Origin: Chromera velia
Taxonomy: Eukaryota
Length of the DNA stretch: 64,000 bases
Direction of reading: 5' to 3'
Assembly (NCBI GenBank): GCA_018398765.1
Contig: JAHBMJ010000113.1
Location: 62,001-126,000, forward strand
Below, in pieces: positions 22,865 through 35,329 of this stretch (positions within the stretch are counted from its first letter, which is position 1; each line of letters begins with the position of its first letter). The notes beneath the pieces are model-generated. The model was not told where the DNA came from. It ran no database searches and saw only the letters and a program-made list of their open reading frames with translations. Position numbers and translations under genes: made by a program.

Positions 22865-25800
22865 GGGGGCCCGACAATCATGTGGAGAGGCTGAGGAGCT
22901 CGATTGCATAGAAACAAATTGAGCATTTCCACCTCAAAAGTGGGTGAAAGCAACTGCACAGACATACACCCCAGAAAGACAACGGCTGAAATTTGTTCAT
23001 AGATATACACCTCAGAAAGACAACGGCTGAAATTTGTTTATAGAACGCCATAAAGCATCGATCAATCTGAGCTTTCGTCAATGTGCAGATTGAGTCTTTC
23101 AATGATCATCATCAGGCATGATGGATTTTTAATATAATATCTATATTCCTTTCCTCTGCTGCGAGAAAAAAATACGTCAGAAGGACTGCACATGCCTCTG
23201 CTCATATTGTTGACTCGGTGCGAATTCTTGTGTATAGAGCACTTGACAGACCTCACTGAGGCGGAAATAGGAATTTTTATGGATCTCTCAGAGACGCTGA
23301 AGGAACTGAGAGTCACAGGTATGTTTCTCGATTCATCTCTTCAGCCGAACGTGAGAAGGGAGAGATAGACAAGAGAAAAAGCGAGTACTTCATTTTTGAA
23401 AAGGGAAGAAAGCCAGATGGAGAGGTAGGAAGATAAAATGATATGTAGTAAAAACGCCACATAGTCAATCAGAGAAAAGTTGAGACCGAGAGTCGGGCTA
23501 AATGGCGATGTATGTGCATAGTTGCATTTCTCTATGCGCAGAAGCGCAGAGAGAGAGGCGATCGAGGTGGGAAGGTGTCGAACGGCGGGTGGTGGGAAAA
23601 ATAAATAGGATTGTCTAATTTATAGACGGCTTTTCTGGTTTAGGGAGTCAGTCGAACACCTAAAAGAAAGAGAGAGAGAGAGAGAGAGGGGTTGCTTCAA
23701 TCTACAGATAGAATTTCTTCCTTCCAGTGTCTCTCTGTACTGCCTTTGAGTAGACTGTTCTATCAGCTTGACTGCTTTGGAAGATCTCCCCTTATTTTTT
23801 CCCTTAGTTGCTGCTTTCATTTCTTGTCATTTTGCCATTTCTCTGTATCTTCAGAGAAAGCAGGAAAGAAGAAAGAAGCGAACAAGCAAAACAATAAAGA
23901 AATCAAAAGACTCCGAAGGAAGGCAGAGACGTTACGTTTCTCAGGCTGGACATCAGAAATAATATACAAAATGTGTGTTGTACGTCTGCAGGAACGAACA
24001 CGCCAGTCATTAACTACACTCGTCTGCAACACCTGAGAAGCGTTGCCTTCGGTAAGCACAGAGGATAGAGACATTTATGAAGCGATCGATAGATGGGTAC
24101 ATTGGCAAACTCATTTGTGTTTTTGTGCCCCATCTTGAATTTGGTCTAGAGTCGCTTTTGCTCTTTATTAGTTTCAATATGTTCGTCTTTGTAGAGAATG
24201 CAGTAATAAAAGGGACTGCGAGACACACCTTCCGGGAGCTATCAAATACTTTGGCGGAGCTGTGCATTGCTGGTGCATCGTTATTTGTTTCAACCTCCAT
24301 ATCATGAAGAAGAGATACGTAGAAAGAAAAAGATACACAAGCAGCTGACAAACAGAGCTTTTCAGTTTGTCTGTATGCCAAAGGCTGCCTTAGATTGCAA
24401 AAATAAAACGTCAGATCTGAAAAAATCGATATTTTCATTCATATCTAGAGTAGCACAAGCGGTATATGAAAGGCACTTGAGGTGTTGGACTTTATGTAAA
24501 CGGTGCATAAGAATCAGCCGTTTTAGCGGACATCCGTCCTCAAACTCCTTTGGCTTCATGAGTGCAGACGCTCTTCTTTTGCTTGAAGCATGGAGTCACC
24601 TTTTGGCGCGCTTCAGCGATTTTAAGCGTATGAGAGTGCTGGATTTTTCAGGTCAGAGTTAAACTTTTTCTTTTCCTGCCAATTAATCAGACGAAGGTAC
24701 CAATGAAATGCTCAGCTCGCTCCCTCATTCCTTGACGCCGGTCGCGAAACATCATGCACAATCGCGTTCTTCATGCCTCTTTACATGCACGTGCATGTGA
24801 TAATCGCATATGTTGATTCCTCTGATACACGTGCTTGCATCCATCCGTGCTGCAGGGTGTGGACTGTTCCCGGTGAGCTCTGTCCTACTGTTCAACTCGT
24901 TCCTGAAGACCTTTGAAGTTCTTCACCTTGAGGATGCGTCAGCCACTGTAAGTAGGAGACTTTGCAGTTCATGCATAGGCCTCCGCTTCCGCTTTTGCCT
25001 CTAGCTGATTCCTGTGGACGTCAATCATTGACCAAAATGACTGAGTGAACTCAAAATCATCTGCTCTCTGTGCTCCACAGTTGTTTTTGCTCTCAATCGC
25101 GTTCTGTCCATGACCATCTTGCAGTGTTCAGTGGGCAGAATCACTGCTTGGCACAATGCTCTCACCAGTCTTGCCCAGACTTTCTATGATGTGATAGTAC
25201 TGTCGTCGTCACTCTTTCAAATAGGGTCTGCCTTGTACCATTTCCTTTGCAGGGAATTCTTTCATCACAAATGGATAGCTCAAGCTCGCAAAAAGGTTGA
25301 GGAATATAGAGTTTTCTCTTTTGAAGAGGCTTTTTGCGAGAAGTCAGTGAGTCAGCTAGAGATTCTCTATAGGTTCAATCATGCAGATTGCAAGAGACAA
25401 AGCACGTAGTTTTGCAGAAGGTAGATGAGCTGCGCACAAGAAAAGCTAGATAGCCATAGCGGCAGAAAGAAAACACCACTTCTTTAATTTTTGCTAAGAA
25501 AAAGTGAACTGATCCCATAAAACTCTGCTTGGTGAAATATAACGGAAAGAAATGGAATCAGCCATGCAATGGAAGAGAGAAACATGGATACACCACCTAT
25601 TGGCAAATAACGGGAGAGAGTCGATCGCTAAAGCAGCAGGGCCAAGGCATGAATGGACAAAATCCCTTTGAGGAAGGATAGCTCCATGCATGCGTGTCCT
25701 GTGGATGAGCAACAATGACAAGCAGACGCATTGATCAAAGCCAGTTGGCTCCACTTGAGGCAACCCCCCCCTTGGGGATACATGCGAGAACTTGTGTTCA

Positions 25801-27775
25801 TACGTACATTTCAAAGTTGCCGCGGCATTCTTTTTGAGCTGCATTCGCTTCACTTATTTGAACCACATCTTATCTGCCCCCCCCCCCTTTTTTGTTCAAC
25901 GCAGGTGGAATCATGAGAGCAGGAGTTGCTGGGTTTCTTTGGAGTCCCTGCCAGCGTCCTTGGAAGAACTGCACATTCTAAATATGTGAGACAAATTAAA
26001 AGCGTCTCGTCAACGTTCCGTTTTACCCCATACTCAATTCTGAATTTCTGTTTTTAGTCTTTAATATTTTGAATCTGAATTTTTGATGCAAGTCTTTCAC
26101 AGTTGTTCGGAAGCGAGAGTATTCACAAACTTTAAGACCATATTTTGCCTTCCTTTATCTCCCCCTATCGCTCTCCCCCCATGGTTGCATCGTTATGCAG
26201 AGTGGTACCTGTCTAGTTCAGTCCCCCCCCAAGATGCAGAAGGAGAGGCACCCGAAGATGACGGTGCAAACGAAGAAGAGGTTGCTGGTGAGGGAGAGGG
26301 GTTTGATGCACCTAAAGGAGATCAAGAGGATGACAAGAACGACCAAGATGAGGAGGATGAGCAAGATAAAGAGGATGAGGAGGATGAGCAAGATAAAGAG
26401 GATAAGCAGGATAAAGAGGATGAGCAAGATGAAGAGGATGAGCAGGATGAAGAGGATGAGCAGGATAAAGAAGATGAGCAAGATGAAGAGGATGAACAGG
26501 ATGAGGAGGATGAGTAAAATGAAGAGGATGAGAATGCTGACGTGGAGGAAGGAGGGGAAAAGGCACTTGAAGTGCACGTTGAAGACATTTCCTTCATCTG
26601 TAGCAAGATGGAGCCTCGACACGCATGGTCGAAGCTGCCCCTCTGGATTCTGCGAGCCTCTGCCAACATTTGTATGCTCAACCTCAGTGGTGAGTCTTTT
26701 CACTTCAGTGCAAACTCCGATTTGAACTGCTTTGTTTCTCTGTTCTGACTGCGCGGCTGTTCCTAGGGCTGTTCTCGACACTTTTGTCTTCTTTTTCGAT
26801 CGCAGATTCGTGCGAATTTACCCACACTGGGTGTTTTCTTACGTCTTCAGGCCTGTCTCACTGTTGCTGAAGATTATTTTTCCCATGCTTCTTTCAAGTT
26901 ATGTTTCTAGTGCTCTGCTTCCACTGCTTTTCCTCTGTGCTCTTTTGGAGAACATCCTCTGTTCTTTGCTGTCATGACGCCTGCCCGCCTGCCTGCCTGC
27001 CTGCCTGCCTCAGGGAGCAACGTGGGTGAAGCCATCATCGAAAAAGTGTTCATGGTTCTCTTGATGGCAGATGTCCCTTTCTGTCGATTGGAGTTGCTGA
27101 TCCTGTCAATGGATATAGTACTTGGGGCACCTGCAATGAAGGCAGTCGCGTCCGGTAACTTACCTTCCCTCTGCATACTGTATCCGGCGCTGATGTGTGT
27201 CGGTGACGGGGCAGTTCAACCTCTGGTAGAGGGCATCCTGAACAACAGATTCCCACCCCACCTGCGCCAACTCTTCCTCAATGACATGCTGCCGATCGCC
27301 TCAGCACACAGCATCGACTCCCTGCTAGCCGCAGTCACCGAAAGCCCAACGGGACTGCCAGAATGTTTTCAGTGTGCGAAGATTTCGGGTGAACAGGTGG
27401 GAGTGGGTGCCCTGAGGGCCGTTTCAGACAGTCGGGGGGGGGGAGGCTTGTGAGTCCTTCAGCCTTATGAATTTAAACATGGATGATGAAAGGCTGCTTG
27501 AGCTGGGGAGAGTCTTTGGATCCCACGCTTGCAGGAGAATGAAGTGCTTAGACCTGGAGAGGAATTCGTCCATCCTTAAGGGTTTGGCAGGGTTCATTCT
27601 GGCCCTCAATGAAGGTTCCCTGCCTCAACTCTCCAGGCTGAATCTCTTCAGAGTCCCCCTCCTCACAGAGGCTGCGGGGGTGAGGAACCTCTTGAAAGAG
27701 GCCAGAAAGGAGGGAAAGCTCAGAAAAGTAGATCCCTGCCACGTGTACGACCAGCTCTTTTACCAAAGTTCCTGA
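22865..27775 (+). pseudogene. Multi-exon RNI/leucine-rich-repeat-like pseudogene with acidic insert
   Basis: LxxLxL motifs in successive exons (TLKELRVTG, MRVLDFSG, SLEELHILN, HLRQLFLND, QLSRLNL). In-frame TAA at 26515 and a frameshift in the G run near 27440. Confidence 0.7.
26330..26530 (+). repeat. 18-nt coding tandem repeat encoding (EDEQDK/E)n
   Basis: Repeated GAGGATGAGCARGATRAA. Confidence 0.9.
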
Positions 27776-27779
27776 GCTA

Positions 27780-28532
27780 ATTGAATGATTGCTCCTGGAA
27801 GGGTGATGACCAGATTGACTTGCTTCGAATGCATATGAGAGTAACAAACTTTTACATCTTTCATTGCTCCCGTAAGGGTTCATCTGATTCATTCATTGTA
27901 AATGTGGCTATAAGTATGCACTGTCCTCCCCATTCGTGCATTTCATTGAATGAATGCTCCCGAAAGGGTCACGACTTAATTTATCACGTTGCCTCATATG
28001 CGTATGAGATATGATGCACTCAAACAGCTTCTTTGCTCCTGGAAGTGTAAGTCATTCTCAGGTTCCCGACGTTAATGCAAAATGCATGAAAAGCTGCATG
28101 TCTCTTGCCAACATATTTGCTCTCAGTACACACGTGTACACTGTCCTGAACGCACTCAGTTTTTGAAGTCCCCCCGCAAAACTTTTTTATTTGGAAAATG
28201 TTTTTACTGTATTGTATGAGGTATTTTAAGTTATTCTGAACTGGATCTTTTTGAAGACAAGCCGGTGTCAACACAAATGCATGAAAAGCTGTATGTCTCT
28301 TGCCAACACATTTGCTCTCAGTATACATGTATGCACTGCCCTGAACGCACTCAGTTTTTGAAGTCCCCCCGAAACTAAATTGTATAGAGATATGCTGTTG
28401 GCTAGCTGCCGGTACAATATACTACTAAACACACTGTATTATTATAGTCTGTATACAGTATTTTAAATTGTTCTGCTCTGAATTTTTTTTAAGACATGCC
28501 CTAGGACATGCCGACGTCAACGCAATTGCATA
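27780..28532 (+). repeat. Two local tandem repeats (~80-bp unit x3, then ~196-bp unit x2.5)
   Basis: TGCTCC..(G/A)AAGGGT near 27790, 27865 and 27955. AAATGCATGAAAAGCTG...CTCAGTTTTTGAAGTCCCCC near 28080 and 28275. Confidence 0.75.
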
Positions 28533-30375
28533 AATCTGATTTTGAAAAATATCTTCTAATATTTTTTTTTATTTATTCATTCATTTCTAGATTCATTTAA
28601 AAAATTTAGCCTCTTATATTTTTTAAAGAGTTTTCGCGACCAGAGTGGTCTAGAGAGTGGTAGTGCCACTGCCAGTGTGACTATCAATCATAATATTTTT
28701 AATATATGTATATATATACCAGCATACATATATACTACTCTATTATTCTGTATAGTTTCTATAGTGTATAGGTTTCTAACTTCCTGGGAGTTCATATCCA
28801 CGGCTTATTTAAGCCATTTTACTAGCGAGTTTGTGAGCCTTAAAAAAAAATCATTAAAAATGTACAACAATTTATTATCTAATTAATATAAATTATCAAA
28901 TCATTAAACTCAATTCGATCTATATATTTTTTTGTATTAATAATTTAACATAGCTCTAAACAAAGCTTCAAAAAGTTTAATTCTTTAGAACTCTACTATA
29001 GGATTCTGCCTATGCTCATCTCGTGTTTGTAGTGCTAGTTCAAGGTTCAAGGCTATAGGTTCAAGGTTCACTTCGATCGAAGTGATAAATCTGAATCAGG
29101 TTCAAAAACAGGTTCATTTCTAGGTTCATTAATTAGTGTAAACTTGCAGTTTTTGATACTGCATTTTCAATGTGACGGTCTTATATATAGCTCCGTCTCC
29201 TTCCTTCTGTTCTGCCTCCTCCATGCACCCCTTTCCTGTGGATGAACAATTCTTTGAACGAGGCGGAATAAAGAGACGCCTATGCAAAAGCCGCAAGCGA
29301 CAGTCCCCGTTTCTTTTCCCCTTTCCCCTCTCTTACCCGAAAGTTAGCGAACAATCTCTGCAACGGGGGCTCGACACCCACCGCGTGAGAGGACAGACAG
29401 ACCAAACACGACCGGATACTATGGTTGACAAAAACACACAAAATGGGAAAGTCGAGGAGGGTGAAGGTCCAAGAATACGATGGAGGGGTCAGCTTGATCA
29501 TGAACGCTTTGATGAAGCCGAGGGAGCAGAAAAAGAAAGTCAGGACGTTGTCTGTTTTCGTTCCATCTCATGCGGTCTCTACCCACATAATTAAGTTTTA
29601 CTCCCTCAACCCCATCTGTTACAGTGCACCCCCCCCTCGAGACCCGACAGAGCGATAAGACAGTCAAGTGCCCAAGCAAGTCTCCAATCAGAAACCCGAC
29701 CATACGCAGCAGAGCAGAGCAGCATACCGAATTGTGTGCCGGAGAGTCGGCAGAAAAGCAAAAGAGCGAAGACACACACACAGGAAAGAAGGCTGCATGG
29801 CAAGCAGCCTGTGAAGAGAAGAGAACAAAAGGGCAGAAACCAAACGACGGGAACAAAATGTGAAGGACCGAATGACGATTCAGCGAGGCCCCCTACACGA
29901 CCTCCCTCTCTTGCTTCCTCATTACTCTCGCTCGACAATGATGTACCTGCATATTGATTCTGATCTCTCTTTTCTCATCGTAAGGCTCAGTCAGACAAGA
30001 AAAGAGAAACGGAGAAAAAGTTAAAAACCGTGAAGGTCCCTCGACCCTTCCTACTCATCCCACAAGGTCCCTCCCATACACATGCAGGCAGACAAGAAGG
30101 GATGGAGAAGGAAAGAAAGAAAGAAAGACGCTTTACACACAACGCCTCCTCGATCCCCCTGCCTTCCCTTTCCTCTCGCGTTCCTTCCAAACTCTGCAAA
30201 TTCGCCCTTCTCTCCCTATGTCCTCCGTTCCGAATTCCACCATTCCTTTCTTTGCTTCTTTCTCTGTTGAACCGCTGTCCCTTCCTCCCCCCCCCCCCCC
30301 CCCCCCCCCCCCCGGGGCTCATTTGGGCAAAAGCAAAGACAGTCACCCCTTCCCTCCTCCTCTTCCGCTCTTTGC

Positions 30376-30417
<42 letters not shown>

Positions 30418-30494
30418 GCCCCCCTCCCGACAGAGAAAGGGAGCGGAGTTTTCTTGTGTCTCACTTCCTCTGTCGTCAATTTCCTCCGATAGCC

Positions 30495-30911
30495 TCAGCC
30501 TCCCAGAGACTTGATCTCCTTCTGGATTTCCGCTTTTCTAGCCACTTTCTGCACGCAAAATCAGGCAGGTGGGAAACAAGGAACAAAATAAGAGTCTCCA
30601 ACTTTGATGAGGAGAACATAAGCATGAGCCGCATGTGAGAAGGGAAAGAGGGAACAAAACACCAAAACCGGGAAGAGCAGAAATATGAAGGTGCCCGCAG
30701 ACATTACAGGGACAAAAACGCCTCAGCAACAGAGAAAAACAAATCCAGGCGAAGTATCGAGCACCCTGCCCAATCATCGCGTTTTTCCTGTTCTTTTCTC
30801 CTGCTGGGATTCTTTTCACGCACTTTCTCTGTCTCTCGTGTGTGTGTGTGTTTCCCTCTGCATTCCCTTTTCACCCTCCGAGCGGCTCCATTGCGCTCTG
30901 CCTTGAGTGGT

Positions 30912-30942
<31 letters not shown>

Positions 30943-33467
30943 CTGTGTACTCTGCCTTGCGAAAGGTACGAGGTTCAAGTGTCTTGCACCAACTTCCGTG
31001 TGGCATTTTACTCTGTCTGTTCTCCATCTCTCTTTGAGATTTCTTTCTGCACTACTGACCTCCTCCTGCTCGGCAGACGCCAGGTATCCTCCCGCAATTT
31101 TTTTCTGAAGCTCTTCGATCTCCTTCAGCTTTTTGTTCAAGTTCTTGATTCTGCACAAACAAATACATGCACCCAAATCATTCAGAAGCAAAAAGAAAAC
31201 AGAAGATTAAATCATAAAAAAACGATCCTGTTCCTGTTAGAGCACGCACATCCCTTCGGACCCAGTGTGTATGTGACTAAAGCCGCAACGACAGAATCTG
31301 TGACTTGCAAAGAAAGAGTGAGACGTTCCGGGGTATCACGAAACGCGTAGACGCGTTCTTCCACTGTCTAGAGCACCCAGGCGAAAAAGAGAACGCCGCT
31401 TCTCTCCTCCGTGCTGCTTTCAGACCGACCTCTTGGCTGCCTCTGCGGATGCTCCACCAGCAGCAGGGGCCGGTGCCTCTACATTAGCGGGGGCAGCAGG
31501 GGGGGCGGGGGCAGCTGCCTTCTCCTGCTTGGCTGGGGCCTTCTCCTTCTTGGGCTCTGCCGCAGGGGCTGCAGGCTGCGGGGCTGCCTTCACAGCCTTC
31601 TGTTGTGCTGGGGGGTTCGGCTTGGGCTCTTCCTTCTTTGCCGGTGCTTGGGCCTTTTTGATCTGCCTCTCGATGTCCTTGATCTCTTCCTCCACCTGGG
31701 CCTTCCGCGCAACCTTCTGCAGAAACAAAGTGACAGACAGAGACAGAGAAAGATGGCACTCAGGGGAGAGAAAGGCAACTGCACGAGACAGCAGAGAGAC
31801 GGACAGACGCATGGATGGAAAAAGACACGGCTCAACCGCCAGATAGCCACAGGGGAAACTACACCACGGAGACCAGGTTTTCCACTGTTGAGAGGAAGAA
31901 AGGAAGAGACTAGGCGGACCGAAGAATTTCATGCCCTTCCTTCCTTCTTTACATAGGATGGAAACGCAGGGGAACCTAAAGCCCCCATGGCGAGAGAGAG
32001 GGAAGTGCAATCACGCCATCAAGAAGAGTAGAGGGAGACGAGAGAAATAAGACAAGTAAGTGAAAGAGACAGACTCGCCTACCCACCGACCTCAAGCTGC
32101 TCTGGGATGGGATCGATGTCCTTCTTGGCGATTTTGTCCTCCAGAGCTTGGATCTCTCCCAGCTTCTTCTTAAGGTTCTTCAATCTCTTCTCGGGCTCTG
32201 CAGAAGGCTGCGGGACGGGCTCTGCCGGGATGTTTCCCCCGTTGGCCTTGCCTGGAGAGGGCTCTGGGGTGTGTGCTGCCGTCCTCTGCTCTTCTGGGGA
32301 AGGCTGCAGGAAGAAGAAACAAAACGCACAAAAAAAGACACCGACGAAGAATGAATCAGGTTATCGCCTCTACGAATTCCAAGCAGCAGGGGAAAGACTT
32401 TCGAGCGGAGGCAGGCAAGCAAGCAAGCGCGAACGCTAATATTTGACATGAAACATCTCATCAGAATCAGTTTGGGTACAGGAAAAAGAGAAATGCGCAA
32501 AGGAAACGAAAGCTGGCGGTCTGCGTGTTTGGGTGTCCTCTGCCGACCTTCTTCTTGTTCTTTTTCTTCGGTGCGGGTGCAGTGGGGGCCTCGTCCGGCA
32601 CGTACCCGGGGGGAAAGGCGCTCTTCTGCATTCATTTATTTACTTTCATACAGATTTATTTAAGTAAATGCATGCCTCGTCCGGCACCTATCCGGGGGGA
32701 AAGGTGCTCTTCTGCATTCAACCGTCAGGACACAGGCAGGAAATTGAAACCTTTCTCTCTGCGCACATTTCACCGAAGCTTCAGAGTACCGGGCATCCAC
32801 ACACACCTGCACATGCGAAGATAAACAGTGCCTCAACAAAAGGGCAACGGGGCAAACACCCTCAGCTTCAACGAGACCTCCCTCGTCGTCACGCGGAGTC
32901 AGGCTATACATGCAGACAAAATAATTTACTTGCCCTCCGCCCGGCTCACCGCTTTTCCTGCAGCGGTCTTGAAGGCCTCTTGCTCCTCCTGCATTTTGAA
33001 GCATGACACGGAGGCACGAGAGCGTACATGCAGGCGGGCTGGCAGAAAAGACACGCAGTCCCCTCTCTTGCTGTGAGTTCAATGTGGAAGTGAAGGTAAG
33101 TCATGGAAGCAGGAACTTTTTGAAGTAAGAGAGTGTTACTTTTCGGAGACGGGAGTTCAATTTGACCATCTCTGCAATTCTCTTGTTTGGCTGTTTGGAC
33201 AGCCAAGAGAAACGATAGAACCCTTCTATACGCTACCGCACATGCGTCTATAAATACTTCTACCCACCCAGATGAGCCTTGAAGGAAGTAAATAAAAGAA
33301 ACGTCTCATTCATGCAATGGGATGACGAAACGGACCTGAGGGACAAAGCCATCCTTGACCCTGATTTCCTTTCTCATTGTCCCATCCGGTCGTTTGCTGG
33401 AAGCAATCACCCGCTCCCCTTTCTCGTTGGTTGTGTACTTCTCCCCCTGGGTTCCTTCGGCCGTCAT
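30495..33467 (-). CDS. PYM1: PYM (partner of Y14 and Mago) homolog, 7 exons: 33467-33336, 32988-32950, 32625-32548, 32303-32091, 31716-31430, 31150-31060, 30548-30495
   Basis: N-terminal IASSKRPDGTMRKEIRVKDGFVPQEEQ is the Mago/Y14-binding motif. C-terminal KRLKNLKKKL...EQLEKVARK coiled motif is present twice. All introns are GT-AG and the frame stays open. Confidence 0.9.
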
Positions 33468-33746
33468 TTTGGGTGACTGGACGTTTCGGAAAAGAGGTCC
33501 GGGGGCTCCGTCTTGTCAACTTGACGCTTTGCTTCACCTCGCGATGGCAAGGACAATCTTGCGATCTACTTACTCAGGGCTTCTGAAAGCTGAATTGCGG
33601 CAGTGCTGACACCAAAACAGGTGAGTACTGACATTCGTGTATTAATATGGACCAACTTCTGTCACCTGCAAAAAACCTGGCGTCTCCACGAGACGTCTCG
33701 CAAACTTCAGGTCGTACGTACGTTTCGAAGGTGGCTGCACATGCAG

Positions 33747-33967
33747 AATCTGACGCACTCCGTGCGAATGGCCCGGAAAGCGAAATTTATTCTTGTTGCC
33801 CCTGCTTTAAATTTGGAAAGTGCCTCCTCAGCTGAATTGTCTTTCCGGGGCCGAGCTTGGCGTGCGTCAGATCTTCCTGTAAACGTCGGACGCAGCCATC
33901 CGTGTGGTCTGGGGGGGTGCAATTTTTGTTAAGTGCCCTCTCAGCTTCGCTTTCCGGGCCATTTGCT
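33747..33967 (-). mobile_element. Short GGCCCCGGAAAGCG-family element in the divergent PYM/phosphatase promoter region
   Basis: Inverted pair GCGAATGGCCCGGAAAGCGAA / TTCGCTTTCCGGGCCATTTGC. Both ends match the ends of 56874-57440 in reverse complement. Confidence 0.65.
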
Positions 33968-34326
33968 TGACGGGGTCACGCAGGCAAAATGACGCACGCA
34001 CGAATAGTGAATTTTGGAGCTGCCATTCCGAGCTATATATTAATAGCTTCGATCAGATTGAAGTGGTTGTGATATGCATGGTTGTGATCTATGTGAATCA
34101 TAGCTCTCCGTGTTATATACCTCTCCAACACGCGGTTTCAGCCTGCATGTGTGGAAGGAGGGCAGTTTGATGTGCATACATACAAATCAACCTTAGCAGA
34201 CACAAGCAAGCTCAGGCCCCAGGTGCCGACTGTCTCCGTTTTTGCGCAACACTCCAGAGGTGTGTCTTCGATGAGGCCCCTTGGAAGTTGATTGAGTCTG
34301 GTTGACTCTTAAATTCCCGGAGGTCC

Positions 34327-35242
34327 ATGAGTGGTCGTGTCTTGTCCTTGCTGTACGAGTGGTTCGTTGCCCCTGTTCGTAAATTCTGTTGTGATAAAAG
34401 GAACAGCAGCGCCATGCAGTCCCGCATGTTTGATGACATGGGACGCCGTTTACGGCACGAGCGTCTCTTCGAGAGCGCGTCCCTGATGTACACACACCCA
34501 AAGACCAAAGCCTCAGTCTTCATTGGCAATATCGATGCGGCCTCCAGCCTCTCCTTTCTGGAAAGCAAAAGCATACGCGTCATTGTCAGTCAGCCAGTCA
34601 AGCAGAGAGAAAACCGAAACGTACGATTGCCTGCATATCTTTGTCTTCACTCATGAGTATGATCGTTGTTGTTCTTCTTCTCCCTGCAACAGCGCCATCC
34701 GGTATTCCCATCTTCTGGTGCTCGCTCTTCCTGCTTTTACTTCTTTTGCTTGCATTGTATGACTTGAAATGTTCGTATGGCCACGCGCAAGCCGCGTGTG
34801 CGTGGCATTCATTTCCGCCTCCCTCATCTTCCCGTTGTCCTCCTCTTTCCCTCTTTGGCGCGGCATCGTGCTTCAAACCGCTCCCCCCCTCCTCCCTTTC
34901 CTTGGCATGTGGCTGTCGCCTGTCTATGCATTTCAATCCGTACACGGGAAAGAGGTCGGCTGAGTAAGGTGTGCATGTCAAAGTGATTGTCTCCCACAGC
35001 CTTTCTGCGTCTTTGTGTGTCCACCTGTGGTGTGTGAATAAATCAGTTTTGTGCGGAATACGCACTCTTTCTTGGCTCCTTTCTTCCTTGTGGAAGCCGC
35101 CGAGAGTAGCGTGTAACGTCGGTGATCACGCGAAATACTGGCGGGCGGTGTCCTGGGAAGCGTTCGTTTGTCCTTCGCTCTTCCTCTCCGTTCCTCTCTC
35201 TCCCTCTCTCTGTACGATTAAATGTACATCCGTGTATACGCA

Positions 35243-35329
<87 letters not shown>

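Noticed and set aside
32862..32902. Additional PYM exon
   Set aside because: The GTGAGC donor after 32950 joins exon 3 in phase without it.
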